In this document: piece by piece, positions 63,159-64,000 of the stretch
How positions within the stretch are numbered: the first letter of the stretch is position 1
Layout: each line of letters starts with the position of its first letter
Assembly (NCBI GenBank): GCA_046483845.1
Contig: JAWOCK010000006.1
Location: forward strand, 24,819-88,818
DNA from: Thermoplasmatota archaeon
Lineage (GTDB): Archaea; Thermoplasmatota; Penumbrarchaeia; Penumbrarchaeales; Penumbrarchaeaceae
Direction: 5' to 3'
DNA length: 64,000 nt
Made by a program: the position numbers and the translations under genes
The notes under the pieces: generated by a model
Told to the model about the DNA's origin: nothing
What the model saw: the letters and a program-made list of their open reading frames with translations, nothing else
Databases searched by the model: none

Positions 63159-63755
63159 ATGTACAAGATGATTCAGCGCGAGGATGTCATCCGCATACCC
63201 CCCCATTTTCTGGGACAGGACCTCGATCTGGTGGCGGATTACCTCACCAGGAGGAACTTTGAAGGCAGGATGGACAGCCTCAACAGGCTCGTCATCGATG
63301 CCACCGACGTGAACCGGCTCGGTGAGGGCAGAATTGTCCACGGTGACGGAGCCATCTTTCAGAGGGTCAATTTCAAGGCCATGGTATTCCAGCCTACGCT
63401 CCATGAGATCGTTGAAGGAAATGTGGTTGAGATCCTCAAGTTCGGAGCCTTCGTGAGGTTCGGTCCGCTGGACGGCCTGGTCCATATAAGTCAGGTAATG
63501 GACGATCATATAGATGTTGACCTTGGCAATATGAGGCTTGTTGGAAAGGAGACCAAGAGGGACCTGAAGGTGGGCGATAAGGTCAGGGCACGTGTGGTAT
63601 CGATGTCGATGAACGAGAGGTCCCCAAGGGAAAGCAGGATCGGGCTTACCATGAGGCAGCCCGGCCTGGGTAAGATCGAGTGGCTCGATGAAGAATACGA
63701 GGAGAGAACCCACCCCGAAGGTGAAAAAGCCTCTACGAAGAAGAAAAAGAAGTGA
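63159..63755 (+). CDS. rpoE: DNA-directed RNA polymerase subunit E' (Rpo7)
   Basis: MYKMIQREDVIRIPPHFLG.. N-domain plus S1 domain GNVVEILKFGAFVRFGPLDGLVHISQ. Confidence 0.9.
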   Translation: MYKMIQREDVIRIPPHFLGQDLDLVADYLTRRNFEGRMDSLNRLVIDATDVNRLGEGRIVHGDGAIFQRVNFKAMVFQPTLHEIVEGNVVEILKFGAFVRFGPLDGLVHISQVMDDHIDVDLGNMRLVGKETKRDLKVGDKVRARVVSMSMNERSPRESRIGLTMRQPGLGKIEWLDEEYEERTHPEGEKASTKKKKK

Positions 63756-63760
63756 TCCAA

Positions 63761-63937
63761 ATGCTCGCTTGCAAGAAATGCATGTTTCTCACCGACCAGG
63801 ACAAATGTCCTCTCTGCGACGGCGAACTCTCCAAGGAATGGCAGGGTATGATCGTCATCCTCGATTGGGAAAGTTCCGAGGTTGCCCAACACATGGGTAT
63901 CAGGGCCAACGGTAAGTTTGCCCTCAAGGTAAGGTGA
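63761..63937 (+). CDS. spt4: Transcription elongation factor Spt4 (RpoE'')
   Basis: MLACKKCMFLTDQDKCPLCDG..WQGMIVILD. An alternative GTG at 63752 overlaps the rpoE stop. Confidence 0.85.
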   Translation: MLACKKCMFLTDQDKCPLCDGELSKEWQGMIVILDWESSEVAQHMGIRANGKFALKVR

Positions 63938-63942
63938 GATGA

Positions 63943-64000
63943 ATGCTCTACATGCTGACCGATAATCTGAGAATGGTCCTCAAGGACCCACTGGGTCACC
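63943..64000 (+). CDS. Start of a DUF359-like (GTP-dependent dephospho-CoA kinase family) gene, truncated by the window end
   Basis: MLYMLTDNLRMVLKDPLGH resembles the DUF359 N-terminus (LR..LK.PlG). This family commonly follows spt4 in archaea. Only 19 codons are visible. Confidence 0.4.
   Translation, partial: MLYMLTDNLRMVLKDPLGH

Noticed and set aside
61831-63713. 205-aa (61831-62448) and 213-aa (63072-63713) minus-strand ORFs
   Set aside because: They are antisense to dys and rpoE' respectively. Both of those genes have strong family signatures.
1-64000. Defence islands, toxin-antitoxin pairs, prophage, transposons, rRNA operon
   Set aside because: No ORF shows nuclease/helicase/methylase defence hallmarks, cas, integrase, transposase or capsid/terminase motifs by eye. 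No rRNA-like conserved stretches were seen. A sensitive HMM scan (DefenseFinder/PADLOC) would be needed to exclude divergent systems among the hypothetical proteins.

Overview
This is a gene-dense archaeal chromosomal segment with about 70 genes and one tRNA. I found no rRNA, CRISPR array, transposase, integrase or recognisable defence gene. Gene content makes the archaeal identity unambiguous: RNA polymerase subunits N, P, E' and Spt4; ribosomal proteins S17e, L37Ae and L10e; proteasome alpha, SBDS, Pop5, Pcc1, prefoldin beta, RFC large subunit, Taw1, deoxyhypusine synthase and Pth2. There is also a complete archaellum operon (flaB-flaD-flaF-flaG-flaH-flaI-flaJ, 31166-37758). Other blocks: (1) A tightly packed 10-gene minus-strand operon (1-8064) joins a long tungsten-type aldehyde:ferredoxin oxidoreductase, a polyferredoxin and a ThiF-like protein to exported Cys-less SUOX-like module proteins, a triple zinc-ribbon protein, an RlmN/Cfr-like radical SAM enzyme, a TrxR-like flavoprotein and an isochorismatase. 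(2) A copA-YHS copper module, formate-THF ligase and aspartase. (3) Lipid genes: a CDP-alcohol transferase, a dolichol-kinase-like protein and a bacterial-type PlsC acyltransferase. (4) An unusual density of giant surface proteins (1486, 908 and 1516 aa) with PQQ-propeller, PKD, FN3, Ig-like and TSP3 repeats. The main oddities are: a near-identical 2 x 134-bp tandem duplication abutting tRNA-Pro(GGG); a giant repeat-rich membrane protein translationally coupled to an unknown cytoplasmic protein directly upstream of the archaellin gene; flaD and flaF in one frame, separated only by TGA, with no canonical flaF start; a frameshifted FN3 membrane protein; an exosome-less version of the archaeal proteasome/exosome superoperon; and a 55-aa YHS ORF absent from the track. 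I see no clear-cut novel defence-type system. The lineage guess (Thermoplasmatota-like) is inference only. All family calls come from reading motifs by eye, not from searches. ORF coordinates include the stop codon.
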